Below are positions 28,990 through 44,329 of a stretch of DNA of 64,000 nucleotides, in pieces. Under the pieces are notes generated by a model, which had not been told where the DNA came from, made no database searches, and saw only the letters and a program-made list of their open reading frames with translations. A program made the translations under genes and the position numbers. Source of the DNA: the human T2T-CHM13v2.0 reference genome, Homo sapiens. Numbering within the stretch: the first letter of the stretch is position 1; every line of letters begins with the position of its first letter. The DNA is taken from assembly GCF_009914755.1 (NCBI RefSeq), contig NC_060928.1; one strand, 5' to 3'.

Positions 28990-29363
28990 TGTTATGAGCT
29001 GAAAGCTAGTGTCCCCCTCAAAATTCATATGTAGAAGTCTTAATCCTCAATATGATGGTGTTTTGAGGTGGGACCTTGGAGAAGTAATTAGGAATAGATT
29101 AGGACATAATAGTGGGGCCCTCATCATGGAATTAATGTCTTTATAAAGAAGAGGAAGAGACACAAGAGCTTTTTATCTCTATCATATGAGGATACAGCAA
29201 GAAGGCAGGCATCGGCAAACCCAGAAGAGAGCCCTCATCAGCACTCAATATGCAGGCACCATAATCTTGGACTTGTCAGCCTCCAGACTGTGAGAAATAA
29301 ATGTCTGTTGTTTAAACAACCCAGTGTCTGATATTTTGTTATAGCAACTCAAATGACTAAGAA
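28990..29363 (+). mobile_element. MLT1A0-like MaLR solo LTR
   Basis: gtgtccccctcaaaattcatatgtagaagtc...gagaaataaatgtctgttgtttaa...gactaaga. Confidence 0.88.
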
Positions 29364-30707
29364 TTTTCTTAATACCACTTACAAATTTCTGTCATTTATA
29401 TTTTTGGTTACCAAATTTAAAAGTAATTCCATTCTGTTCTATAAGATTTATTTAGTAATTTCTGCTTTGCTTTTCACCTAATTACAAAATTTGGAATTCA
29501 AAATTTATATTATTTTCATTATATAACCGTTCAAATTATTTTCTATGATTATATCTCCTTTTTTACATAACTTTTTCATGGAATTTTATATGGCTTATAT
29601 TTTCTGACATTATTCATCTGCATTATCTCCTCAATTACTTTTCAAAAAATTCTCCAACACTAGTTATTTTAAGAAATCCTCTTTTTATGTGTGTACATAT
29701 ATTCACACACTAAAATATATTTTCAGCAGAGGCCTCCTTTGTGGAGGCCCACATTCTCCTGCTCACATCTGATAGCTTACCTTTGAAGATTTTAGCATAG
29801 CTGTCATCCTGGGACTCTCCTTCATTTCTTTCTTAGTTGGTTCCACTCTCTCCTCAATTCCATTGTCTTTACAGTTTACTTCTTATTTACAGCATAGTGT
29901 TAAGTTTCTCAAATATGTATTATTTTTATTGCACCATTATAAGAACATCACCTGTTGAAAATTATCCTCTTTCTCATTACTTTTGTTATTTTTCTAGGCA
30001 TTATCTTCCCAATTTTTATAGATTACTTTTACTTCATAATTTTATGCATAATTTATTAACACACATTTTTATTATCCAATTATTTATTGTAGCTCATGTC
30101 TTATTATTTTTATAGGTATAGTAACTTCAACATTTTCTGACTACAATAGACTGGATTCATAAAAAACTTGAAATAGTAATTTTTCAGAATCGAGGCTGTG
30201 TCTTTTCTCTTGCTCTACATGAGTCTTTTTTCTGGTTCTTTTCCTTTTTGGCTATCTTTTCATTTCTCTTCTTTTTTTTGTATGTTTACCATTTGTTTCA
30301 AAATCTTATATGGTTTAAAATTGCGTCCATGACAGCCTCATCTTTCAAATATATGTCATTTTACAGACCAAGAAATCATAGATAATTAACTGATTATATA
30401 TTACCTGGGAAAAAAAAAATCAGATTGACCTATTTGAGGAAATGCATCTATCAGACTGGATGTAGGTAGTTAGTGTCACCTTGCACTTAGGATATTTGAA
30501 AGAAGAATCACAGAAAGGGGATCATCAGTGGATGGATTATGGAAAGTTCTTGAAAAAGGGACACTGGCCAAGTAGGAACTCCAAGGCTTCTGCTACAGCT
30601 ATTCTTGGGAAGTTACTCCTTATACAGCATGCAGAATGGAAAAATCAACATATATGGTAGGATAAATTATTTTAGAAACTGTCCTCAAGCAAGAATTTCA
30701 TCACATT

Positions 30708-30908
30708 AACTAGGCAACCTTTTCTTAAAGGGCCAGATAGTAAATATTTTAGGTTTTGTGGACCATATGGAGTCAATTGCAACGACTTTGTTATTGTAGC
30801 AGGAAAGCAGCCACAGAAAGTAGGTATATAAATGGGCATGACCTTGTTTCAATAAAACTTTATTTTCAAAAACAGGCAACTGGCTTGCTGGTTAATTTAC
30901 TAATCCTA
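30708..30908 (+). mobile_element. MER58A-like hAT-Charlie MITE
   Basis: aaagggccagatagtaaatattttaggttttgtgg...caataaaactttatt...aaaaacaggc. Confidence 0.85.
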
Positions 30909-33712
30909 TAGAACTGAGGAATAAAATATATACTTTGAGGGATTTGTTACAACTGCGTTTATCCCTGTGCATAAATTAAAAGAGAAGGATGTTTAATGCT
31001 GTAGAGGCAAACACATTTTGGCAAAGTACAATTAGAATTTTAAATTAATTTGAATATTGCCAAATTAATTTTCTCTAAAAAGGCAATTATAAATACTAAT
31101 TTCTGAATTTTTGGTATCATTTTTCAGATATTCAAATTATGGTAGAAATAACCTTTTCTTTGTTCATCATTTAGAGACAAATGTATTCTAAATTGTTTAA
31201 ACTATTTTTTGAAAGGCTAATTATGTGTTGAAGCAAATCTAAAACTGTGGTAAGTACTTAGGTTGTAAGACTTCCAATATGGAGAAAAAATAAGTACTCG
31301 GAGTTTAGATGAGAATGCTGGAGCAGGAGAGACAGAGACAAATTGGAGGAAATTTCTCTTTTAAGTAACTAACATATGCCAAGAAATACAGAAATTAAAC
31401 CATTAGTTTGGACATGTAAAAGCTGATATTACCACCTTCCCTCCTCAAACTCTTACACACTAAGCTGGTCGATTAGACACATGGAGTTGAGAACTGGACA
31501 TCATAAGGTTCTTCTGAAAGAGGTCTCAGTCAGCATTGATCTATTAATGACTGTGGCTTGTGGGAAATCTAACATGATGCTGAAAAGGAGTGTAGTGGGA
31601 GATTATGGAGGAGTTAGGAAAAGTGAGTCAACATTTTTCTTGTAGAAAATTCAAAATTAATAATTGTTTCTTCTAATCACCCAGATATCTGTGTAATGAT
31701 ATAGACATATAAGGTGAGGATAATTGATGGTGAACTAATATTTCCTGGATTCAATGGAGTTATCGAAATGCAGAATAGGGCTTATATTATCAAAATATTT
31801 AACATTATTATGATCAATAGATAAATTATTTTTCAATGTTGCAGAATAAACTAATTTCAAAAAAATGTGCTTAATCTGAGGCTTTATATCTATAAGAAAC
31901 AAGTATTCATTATCAATAAAATGTTAATAAGTCTGTGTGATACAGTTTATCATATTAGCTATAATGGATTGTTTTTCCCAAGTTGATAGTGATGTGTTTG
32001 CTTTAATTGGGGTTATTATGAAATCTCTTGTGTATCAAAGCAGCACAACATCTTCGATAACAATCTTAATGATTGATCATAGTGCAAAAAATTCATGTAG
32101 TGAGCCAGATTAAAAAAACTAAGGTGGTAGAAAATGGAATTTGTTTTACCATTATATCCAAATGGAGTCACCACTTAGACTATTCTCTTTTGTTTTCTAC
32201 TTAGTGTTTTATCTGAGGGAAAGGTAATGATACAGGTGCAATTAGTGTCAACTGGGGGTTAAATAACCATATCAAAACTTCATGGATTGTATAATATACT
32301 CAGATCCCTTAGTATGCAGTTGAATGTTGGTCAATTGAAAGAGAAATATTGTTTTATACCATATGCTCATATTAATTAAATTTTGCAATGCATTTAATTT
32401 GGTTAATACTTTCCCTAGGGAATAAATAATCTTGTTTTTGTCTTACTGGAGAATGAATTTCTTTCATATTTCCTATAAAATGATTGAATATTGGAAGATG
32501 CTACAAGCTTAAAAACATAATTTGCTACTACAGTTTCTGCTGTCACAATTTCCATGTAAAATCACAGTGAATTCACCTTTCACTTATTAAAGTACTAAAT
32601 TTACCAGTAGGCAAACAAGGGTATGTAAGTGCTATGCTTGATATATGTAGTGACTAAATTTTGTTTTATTGCATCTATATACATATGTCATTAAAAGTAA
32701 GTCATATTACACTTCTATCTCAAGAAATTGGTCCTATTTCTATGACTGTGGTGGCTTTTAATGAGAATTAATCAGTAACAAACAAGGGCACTTTCAGAAG
32801 AACATGACTTCATAAGAAGATGACTGGCCTCTCAAAGGGCAAAATTATGTTAATGTTTAATAACTTAGTTAAAATAAAGAGGACTTAAATACCTAATTCA
32901 AAAAATCAAAATTTTTAGGCTGAGCGACAGAGTCTAATATTGTTGATGATGATGAAAATAAAAAGACTATTTTAAGTGTTCAATATGCAGGGCATGCATG
33001 ATGACTCATTAGGCAGAGAAAATTATTACTGCCCATTAAAGAATTAGCTCTCATACAAATGGAAAAGTTGATTAGTGAACCTCAGAGTGGCTGGTTCCTA
33101 AAATTATAAAATTAATGAATATATGAAATATTTGATTTCACACATAAATATCCATGAAGATAAATTAATTGTTTTATATAATAAAATCATTTAGCTTACA
33201 TGCTGGATCAAATATTAAATTTGAAATCATAATATAGTTTTGGATCATATTCATCCATGCCAATTTAGTAGCAAATATTATAATATTTTTATAAATTTTC
33301 AAAACTTATTTAAATGGAAAAATCTCATAATAACAATGGAAATATTACTATTAAAATAATAGTTTGTGTACATATTAACTGAGGGCTAAAAATGTTTTTG
33401 AGATCCACATGGTCAAAGAGTTCCATGTATCCCAGATTTATATTTTAGAATTATAAGAGAAGAAAGACAATGAAACGTGCTGATTAGATTTAACTATGAA
33501 GCAGTTACTAAGATAGCCAAAATCATAGAATATTTTATGAAAAACAATCAGTAAACCATATACTTTTCATTCATAATATACCATAACAGATAATATAAAA
33601 CAATACTTAGCAGAATGTAACGTCTTTAATCTTTTAATTGTAATGAACATATCAGGGCTTAAAACAATAAGTTATTACATAATATTTTCTTCTTTTTAAT
33701 GGCAAAATCTAA

Positions 33713-34068
<356 letters not shown>

Positions 34069-36525
34069 CAATGTCAGGATTTTGTGGCATAGCATCTATA
34101 CTGCTGGAAGTCTTGGAATGTTGGAAACATCATTAGTTATTGAAGTGTAAATTTCTGTTTTAAGAAATTAATGCTGCTTCAGTTTGCCTGTAAAATAAGA
34201 ATAAAAATTTTTATTCCATAAATTTGATATGAAGCATCTTAAGAAAATGACTTGGGGAGTCACAATATTAACAATAACATTTATAAAATTTGATTTTTTT
34301 TTGCCATCTCAAAGTCAAAAATTCTACCTGGGTAAGTTTTTCCTATGTTCCCATGAGATCATATTGAGATAATTGGATTTTTCTTGGGTGCCATTCTCAT
34401 TAGATCAGTCTGTGGACCCTAGCCAATTATTCCGTATATCCTTTTGCAAATTCATGTCTAAATGAATACTGCTCAGTCTGATAGTGCCCTAGTATATTAC
34501 TTTGTGAAATTAACCAATTTACATGTACTTGTTAATTATGAACAGTTAGAGCACTAAACATAGGAAACCATGAAAGCACTATAGATTGTGATCTTTTTTT
34601 GTGTATTGTGTAATTTTTTTAAAAAACTGAATAGCCCTTTTTGCACACTGAAGCCAATACTAAATCATAAAAGAATTATCTTAATTGGAGCATGTTAGAA
34701 ATTCAGATTAAACTGAAACTCAAAATCCCGGTTGTAAAACTTGCTTAACATTCAGTTGTTTCTCAATGAATAAAGTAAAGCTTCATGGGTCACTATTTTC
34801 ACTAATATTGAGTGGAGAGGAAGAGAGGTATCAGATGCTCATTAGGAAGTAAGAGGCATTATTAATGCAAAATATTGCACACATAACAGGCACTCAATGT
34901 GATGCGTTAAACATAATATATACAAGGGAAAATGGAAGAGTAACTTCCAGCAGCTTGTACATTTTTGGAAGTTATCTGGATGTTGTTTTCTTTCTTAAAG
35001 TATAATTCTAAAAAGATATAGATCAGAGGAGACAGAGGATGAGATTCTATTAGCTCTCCAGTGCAGCTTTACTGAGTTATTTCTTCTATTACATACAAAG
35101 GATAGGGAAAGGAAGAGTTACTCCTTAGTTGGCTTATTTTTCCAAACACAACACACTGAAAAAGTAAGAATGTGTGTACTGAAAATATTTTTTATTCCTG
35201 AAGGAAAAGTAGAACTTAATTGATAAAACTAAAACATTACAATTGTTTTATTATAACTGTTTTATCCAAAATATACATATATTTTAAATTATCTTTTCAA
35301 TGGAATTTGTATAGGAGGATACCTGATTTTTGCCAATATATGTTTTATTTTAGCCTTAGGATGCTCTCTTTTGATTTGAATATAAGAAAGGATCTGAATG
35401 AAGGTGAATGTCTATGACTGTGACAGATGTTCAGAACTAATTGTTGCATGAGATTGGAAGATATTAACTGTTAATCTAATAAATAAACACTATTTTTCAT
35501 CATTTGTCACAATGCACTTACAAATGTACTTTTTTTCTTAGAAAAGTTAAAAAAAGATGCAAAACATAGTAATGTATTTTAAATGGTGTTCCAAATAGAA
35601 ATGTTATGCATTCATTTTAAGACAATATGGTATTTTAAAATGTGCCAGTTGATTAAACTTTGGATAATGCATTGACAGGTTACATACACTTTCTGAGGAT
35701 GAGTGAATTTGCACTGATTTCTGAGAAGGAATTGGCATTTTTCTTTCTCTGAGTTTTGAGAGTCTGAATATACTTGAAATTCTCAAAAGAATGTAAATGA
35801 AATGGAACTGGCTATGGAGTAAGATGTTCAAGACCAAAATAGAAAATGAACTCACTCAGTGATGAAAATCTAGATTATTTCTATCTAACATAAAATTTCT
35901 TGTCAGAGGTAAAAATCAAGAAAGGAAGTTACATATAAATTAATAGCTATGAAGTACATATAGAAAATTATGCCTGAATTGTAGAAGCTAGTGAAACCAA
36001 TTTGAGATAGGTTTAAGAGTATAAGGAAAATGTGTACATGATCATTGTTATTTCTAGCCCTTGAGGTGATTCTACTTATTTTTACTTCTTATCTCTTCTT
36101 TTTTTCCTATTTGTATCATTATTGTAGGACTGAAGTTTCCATGTCCTTGTATGTTAAAGTAAAAATCATAAAATAAAGGCAAAAAGGACAAAATAAAAGG
36201 AGGAGGGAAAGTGAGAGAGAGCGCCGCCATAATTTATGTCATTCTTATTTCACTGAGAAATGATTATTTTTTCTTTATTGCTTGCTACATGAGAAATTTT
36301 TTTCTGGATAAATACTTCAAAATAAACGTTCTCAGATGGTAATTGTTAAATGTGATGGTACGACCACTAGTGTATAGGACTACATCAAATAGTAAGATGT
36401 AGGCCACCTTTTAACTATCCCACAAGAGTAAATTTTTATATTCAAATTGAAGTGTAGTAACAAATTATAGTAAGAATTACTCTGCTTACATTGTACATTT
36501 CTGTTTTAATACTATGCATGACAGA

Positions 36526-36526
<1 letters not shown>

Positions 36527-36560
<34 letters not shown>
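36527..36560. repeat. (TG)17 microsatellite
   Basis: direct count. Confidence 0.97.
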
Positions 36561-36563
<3 letters not shown>

Positions 36564-37289
36564 CTGGTTCACTTATAATATTCACCATATAATTTCATGA
36601 AGTGGGGGTAGCTTTGCTTCAACTCCTAACATTTCACAAAACTTCCTAATGATGAGGCAGAATAGCATTTTTCACTTATTTTAAACTTTTAATGATCATT
36701 TTTCCCCCAATACTTAGCAAAGCAGCTGTTTCTCTCTGAGACTGAAACTTATGCCAAGTTTAAAATGTTAATGTTGAGCCATGTGCTGAAGCATTAAGTA
36801 TCACCAATTTCCACACTGAAAGATCTTGGCAGTTCTCAGTCACTAAATAAACTTAGAAGCCAACTTACAACTCTAGAGAAAAGAAAAGGAATTCAGCTAC
36901 TTATCTTCCTCTGGATTGTGACCTCCCTAAATGGACAACAATACTAAGGATTCTTTTAATAATCTAAAATTAATGGAATGTTTATTGTACTGGCTGACCT
37001 AAATGGTTGGTTTTAAAATTAACAAAATTAGATTACTGAGCAGGCTGAAAAGAGAAGGATAATTATAAATGAGTGTGCATACCAGGATGAGACAAATGAT
37101 ATTATGAGAAACAAGTAATGGTTTTAAATAAATTAAAGGTTCTTAACTTGGATAATTTTGGGTAAGCCATAAGATAGCCTTTAAAATATTTAAAGATTAC
37201 TATAATTTTCATAAAAGTCTTCTTATTTCCAGGAAAAAAATCTCCAGACTCTGTGAACCTTATCTTACATTTGTTGTGTCTTTCAAGTC

Positions 37290-37815
37290 TTTTTTTAAAT
37301 TATCATATTTTAAAATGTATTACTTGGTGTACATTTCTATAAAATATAATGTATGCAGATAGTCATGTAATGAACTTGTATAATGAGAATACAAAACAAT
37401 TCTATTACCCCCAAAAAAATCCTCACACTGTTCGTCTAAAATCAGATCATCCCCCAATACCTAAACCTAATATTAGTATTTGGTTAATAGTGATGGATCT
37501 ATGGTTTTGAGACAGTCATATAATTGAAACCATTTAATATATAATTACCAAACTGGTTACTTTCACTCAGTGTAATGCCTTGAAGGTGAATTCAAGTCGT
37601 TGCATGTATTCATAGTTTATTGTCTTTCTCTGAGGAGGATTCCATTATTTGGATGTAGCAGACATTGTGTATCATCACTTGTGGAAAGACATTTGGGTTC
37701 TTTCCATTTTTGAGTGATTGTGAATAGAGTAGAATAAAGAATAGGTTTTATATGAACGTATATTTTCATTTCTGTAGGGTTAAGCACCAGCAGTGGAATT
37801 GTGTCATATAGTTAA
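37290..37815 (-). mobile_element. L1MC-type LINE-1 3' fragment
   Basis: acaattctattacccccaaaaaaatcc...ttttcactcagtgtaatgcc...ttcaagtcgttgcatgtat. Confidence 0.75.
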
Positions 37816-40633
37816 GAAAGGGACACATTTTTATTGGACCTTTTCATGAACGTAATGAAAATGACAGAGGAAAGAGTCAGAAAAGACAATTGAGAAAAAT
37901 TGAGAATAAAATTATTTACATTAGAAGTTTCTAGTGAAGAGTGAAATAGAAACATTTTAGATGCCCTAGCACCAGACGCATGGAAAGATCTCAAAAAAAT
38001 GTTAGTTTCTATGGACATGTAACAAATGCAATATATGAATATTAATAAAAGATACTAAAATCAGTGATTTACATAATTCTCACCTATTTAAAAACTGAAA
38101 ATGTCTGTGAAGGAATTTAAAACATGTAACTATGATACAAATTATGTTCACTATGTATGTTTTTCATTTATTTTGATTTGATTTTACACAAACGGGAGAT
38201 TCTAGTTGTCCTTGGTGTTGGGTGCTCTAGGACAGTATAGATAAGAAATACAATAGACTATACTCTACAAATTTGATATTTACATATGAGAAATTCAGCA
38301 AATAAACAATCATATAGATGTTTGTTCTTTGGAAAACATCAGTCATTTTTATTAGTAAATAAAATGAATTATTACATTTGAGTTTTTTCCTGCTATAATT
38401 TAGTGGTGTTTAAACATTTCTACATATATCCCATATCGTGCCCCCATTTACAAGAAGACACTAAGTATTATTCTAGTATAGTTTCTAACAATGTAGCATC
38501 ATATATCATGCCTGAAAAACTGCTGTTGGCATGTGTGCTTATTTTAAAAATCAAAAATTTTTCATTATAATTACACATTATAAATACAATTCTACCAGTG
38601 TGTTGAATGCCTATGAGAAACTCGGCCAGAGTCCTGCTCAGGCCAATGGTGTTACTGCATGAATCAGGGTTGTAAAGAGATGCCAAATGTGGCTCCCTGT
38701 GCATAAGCATCATTTGAGAAGGCTTTCTCACTGCTAACATTTGCATGATAAATTTATGGACTCTGGGTTTACCAGCTTGATTGAACACATTGCATTTTGC
38801 TAAGAACAGCATGTGAACTAGCACAGTCAGCATCCATATACATCTGGGAAAACTGCAACCATTAGAACTGTGCCATGGGACTGAAGACAAGAAAAGCTTT
38901 GTCAACTGTCAGACATTTCCCTCAACTATCTCTTTTACAGGTGATGAATGAAATGTGTTGCTAATATTCAACATACTATTTCATATATTACTCTCTGGAC
39001 TTTGATTGTTCCAAGGGTAAAGAGAGAGGGTGAGAAAAGGCACAGGAATTGCAGAAATATTCACTTTTACTGATAAGGAGGCAAGAAACAAAGAAAAATT
39101 ATAAGCATAAAAAGTGGGTCTGAGAAAGCAGCTGGAGTTTTCACTGGCGCAGCGCAATGCTATACATCAATGATTCACTTTGGAAAAGATCATTAGTTCC
39201 TCTGTCACCCGCAAAAAAACAGAGGCAGGATATTTCCTAACAATGAGTGTGTAAATTATCTGAAATAATTGAGCGAACTAAGCCTAGTTCTGAAGAGTTC
39301 AGGAGTTTGTCCACAGGTAATTCCATTTGAGAATTAATTTTAGTCTATTATTCATGTAATTTATACGTAAGAATTTTTGTCTAAATGATTAAACGTATTC
39401 AGTTGACCTTTCAATTTAATTTTGCAAGGTATAAACTGCATGAAAAGTAGGTTTTTAAAATCTGAGCTTAATAGTCACCATGACTGTAAATGAGAATAAC
39501 AACTTTGTTAAAAAAAAAAGAAAAATGAATAAAAAAGTCAGGCAGATAATCCTTTTGTTCAAGAAATGGGATAACTGTAATGTTAATGATAAACAGGGAT
39601 AAGGTGTTACTTCAGAATTTGGTAGCTCATTTTGAAAAGCTATTTAGCAGTTTGATTAGGCCATTAAGACACTACTGATTTTGTTCATGGACATTTAAAT
39701 GCAGCTTATAAAGGCGATTGTACGCTTTCAGTTTCATTTCTTAGTACCAGTGACTAGTCTTACTGGTACAATGGGATGTGAGAATGGGATAGGACTCGGG
39801 AATGTGTGAAGACTCAGATATGTGGTAGGGCTTAGAAAAGGCACAGTGTTCAGTGATGATATGGAATTTCAAATTTCAGGTGAGGTTCAAGATTGTAGTT
39901 AATCAGGAATGCCTCATATATGGTTGGTAATTAAAGAAAATCTTTTTAATTGGTTACATTGCTCTTTCAACACTAACACCACAGATTGCTTTGCTCTGTA
40001 TAACTCGTTATACTGTGGAACCACTACACAGCTGACAAGTGTCTATGTTTCCCCAGTGTGCTTAGGAATGCTTTGGTAAAGGAATTCATTTGCTCACCTT
40101 TTGACTGATTTGCCTATGGTTGTATTCCCCTAGGATAAAAGTGTCACTTAAACTCAATGAAATATCCCCCACTGAAAACTTATAAAGGAAAACAGATATA
40201 AACTTAGAAGGAAAGGACTATACCAAGTTGTCAGAGTTAATAATAGATTGCAATTCTGTTGAAATCATAGTCAGAAAAGAGAATAGAAAATTGATAGATG
40301 GCCAAGCCAGTCATACATCAATGGAGTCGAATCAAGAATCAATATTTGGAGAAATAAATTCAAAATTAGCACAGCTTGAAAGATAAAGCAAAAAAAAAAA
40401 AAAATGAGGGCATTTGGACAAGGGATTCAGATGTCAAACAGGATGAGAATGGGCTGTAGTTTCATTAGATTGGGTCCAACCATGAGTTTCGTGACACTTT
40501 CTTCCCAGGACATGTATCATCTCCAGACCTTATTCTGCCTCTTCCAAAGTCCTGACTATTGAAATAAATGACTCGCCAGATTGGCACTGGAGACTTGCAG
40601 GTCATCCATGGCTCCTTAGAAACAGTATATACT

Positions 40634-40941
<308 letters not shown>

Positions 40942-41124
40942 AGAAACAGTATATAATATTAGAGATCCTTTTCCACTGATTTTGGGAAATAAGTTGCTAG
41001 TAACCAAAATATATTTGCAAACTCTTAGAATAAAGTAGTCATAAGGCATTACGGGTAGATTGTTTATTTGAGGAAAGAAAATTCCTGTAAATATTAAAGT
41101 TTCTAAACATCTTTTTATTCCATC

Positions 41125-41238
41125 GTTCTCTCTCTTTGTCTCTCTCTCTCTTTCTCTCCTCTCTCTTGTCTGTCTGTTTATCCTCCCCCTCCTCCTTTCA
41201 TCTTCCTCTTCTTTTCTGTCTCCGCCTCCCTCTCCCTG
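41125..41238. repeat. CT-rich polypyrimidine low-complexity tract
   Basis: direct reading. Confidence 0.85.
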
Positions 41239-41587
41239 TTAAACTCACAATTAAATTTTGGCCTTCCTTTAAGATACATGATCTTGCAGACTACTCAATT
41301 TGGGAGTCACATTAGTGGATCCTATCGTGCTGTGAAAGAAGTAGCTCTACTTTTAAAGCCTGGCAGGAATGAGAAGAAAAGGATAAAGAAGCCCTCTTTT
41401 ATTTATATAGAGTTGATGTCTTCTTAGTTCACATAGCCTCACCCAGTGCACAGGGGTAGCAAATTATATAGGAGTTTGAAAGGAATGACCTCAGCTGTTA
41501 TAACAAAAACTTTTCCTGGGATATTCTTTGAGTTATATAGCTAATCCTTAAAATGATAGGTGTCACATATTTTTCTGAGCAGTAAGG

Positions 41588-41945
41588 ACATTACTATTAT
41601 CTCCATTTGATACATGTTGACCACTGAGTCATACAGAGATTAAGTAGCATAAAATTGCACACATAGCACATAGTAAAGCTAGGATTTATCCCAGGCACTG
41701 GATTTCCAGGTCCATTTTCATAACCACTATGTTCCACTGCCCAACTTTCATTGAATACTTACTGGGTAATCCACATTTTTCTCAATATTTTTACATCTAT
41801 TAACAGTTTAAATCTTCACAGAACCTTAAGAAATTGGTGTTATTATTGTTTCTATTAATATTTTGCAGGGAAGTAAACTAAGACAGATATCTCAGAGATA
41901 TGGGATATAAGCCAAGACAGTTTGGCTTCGGAGTTTTGATTACCT
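41588..41945 (-). mobile_element. Two tandem MIR fragments
   Basis: ctattatctccatttgataca...actgagtc...ggatttatcccaggc; ttgaatacttactggg...aatcttcacagaacc. Confidence 0.65.
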
Positions 41946-44329
41946 TAGCCTTTAAAAGGCTGGCAGAATTATGAATTCAGTTTTTAAACAAATGAGAACA
42001 TAACTAATATGTACTTGGCACTGAAAACTGAAATAAAGTCATATAGTTCTTGTCTAAGCTCTTAATCTAGTAAAAACAATAATTATAGAAAATGTTTGAA
42101 AGAAATGTGTTACATGGGAAAAGTCAGTCTTGAAATGTATATACATGCTCTAGAAGAGATCTTTGAGTACAATGGCAGAATTCAGAGTTTAGAAAAAAAT
42201 TTGCCATCATCTACCCTTATTACATTTAAAAATAAAGTATAAGATATCTCAAATACTTTTAATTCTACTCCAAAATTCCTTAGTTTAGCAGGAAACTTGC
42301 AAATGTGAGGAGCTGTTGATATAAGTGCTTTGAGAGGTAAAAACTGTGGATTAATTATAATAATTATTACTCTGACTTATAAAGAAAGAGAAAAAATTTA
42401 AATCAATTTTTATCAAATTTGTTACTTCTATGCTTATTTTCTATTTTGTCATTTAAAAAGCCAAGTTTGTATCTTTATTTATTAAAATAATGTTTTAGTA
42501 TCTCCAGAGACCATTGCTGGTCACCTTGAGGCTATAAATGCTTATGAGAGGACATTTTACTTGTTAGAGTGCTTTTTTAAATTTAAAGTGTCTTCACTTA
42601 AAGATGTAAGCCATTGTAATTTTTTCCAATAATTAGTTGACATAACTATCATAATCTAGCTTCAATCAACTCAAAAGACTTAGAATTTTTCTTAAATTTA
42701 GATGCAGATCTAAAATTTTCAACTTTTTTTAAAAACTAAAGTAAATGAACACTTTATTCCTGCAAAGTCATAATCAGAAACTTGATTTTTCATAATATTT
42801 TCAACTGGCAATGATCATTGTTAGACTTAACTTCAGTGTTACAGGGCTAAAAAGCATTGCAGGGGTAATCAGCCTTTTCCTAATAATCCATTAGCACAGA
42901 GATTAATACATTTATTTGAGAAAGACCTTATTGTTATCTATTTGAGACAGTTGGAACTTGTATCTATTTGAGAAATACCTTACTGAGTGATGCAAATACC
43001 AGTGATTTCTGAAGCCATTATCATTTAAGAATTACCATTATTGGTAGCTAGTTCTTACATTTAAGGGCATCAGTGCAAGAGCTACAATTTAAGGGCATCA
43101 TGTAAGTGAAAGATTATTGTTTCTGCATGCAGGGCTGGATGTTCCTAGAAGATGTAGCCATTCAATTACCTGTATTTCTGTTTTTTAATGTGGCTTCACG
43201 TTGGTATGTATTATGTATTAAACACCTTAGAGTGTTTAAACAATCTGCTTAGCCAATTTATTTTTTTTTTAGAACCAATGGTAAAAAGCTATTATCCATT
43301 TAAGGGCATCTGATATTTCAGGTGAAATGGATATAGTATCTCTAATCGCCAAACAATTACGCTAGGCAAAAAAACTGAAAAGCATAGAGGTCACTTGGTT
43401 TTAAATCCAACTCTCTGACTTCAGTCTGTACATAACATCTTCTTGCTATTCATAAAAGAAAGGCATAATTTACATATCACTAGTTGCAATCGAAGTAATT
43501 AGAAACTAGATACAGTCCATAAAGCTGTTTTTCAGATTTCATGAAAATGTGAAAATTCTAAGGTGGAGAAAATACACACGTTCTCTCCTTTTCAGATTTA
43601 CTTTTGTTTTGGGAAATGCCGATTTTCCCAAACAAACTTACACTCTCTCTTTGAAATAACATATTATAAAAAGAAATAGAAGCTACATGAGTCTTAAAAT
43701 ATGTCTCTATAAAGAGGAACTGATTCTCCAAACTTTGTACTTCAAAGCTAGAAGGATATTCACATACAAATTGTTTTGGTGTTTCAATAATAATGTATTG
43801 AAATACTAAGCTTTATCCTTATAAGCTCATAATGTTAATAAGGTATGTAACTTTTAGTCTTGCCTTTACCATAAATTACATGATCAGACAAGTCATTTCA
43901 TTTTGCTCCTCACGTTTATCACCTATAAAATAAAACAAATTGACCAGAGGATATAAAGCCCACTGTTTCTTGAAAAATTTCTGGTTTTGTCAAAATGATT
44001 ATTGGTGAGTGAGTGTATTTATTTAGAAAATGTCTATACATTAAGACCAAACATGGTGAATCCTGATTTGAAGCCATTTTTACTGCTCACTATATACTTA
44101 TTATTTAGATTAAACCTGCAGTAATAAAAGACTCTTAGCAAATAAGATGCCTGAGTCAGCCTGGTATATGACAATTGTCATGACTGTTTTCAAGGAAGGA
44201 GTTTGCAGGACCAGGAAGTTTGAATTCTCCACTCCTACTATGGCCACAAATTTCCAAGTGCTCTATGCACAAGGGACATACCTGGTACCTCGTATGAATA
44301 GATAGTGCTTAGACATTATAGTACAGTGA

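Noticed and set aside
40186-40386. Protein-looking open frame (...SMESNQESIFGEINSKLAQLER*) before an A-run; possible processed pseudogene
   Set aside because: No recognisable parent, poly(A) signal or TSD; A-rich DNA readily yields such peptides
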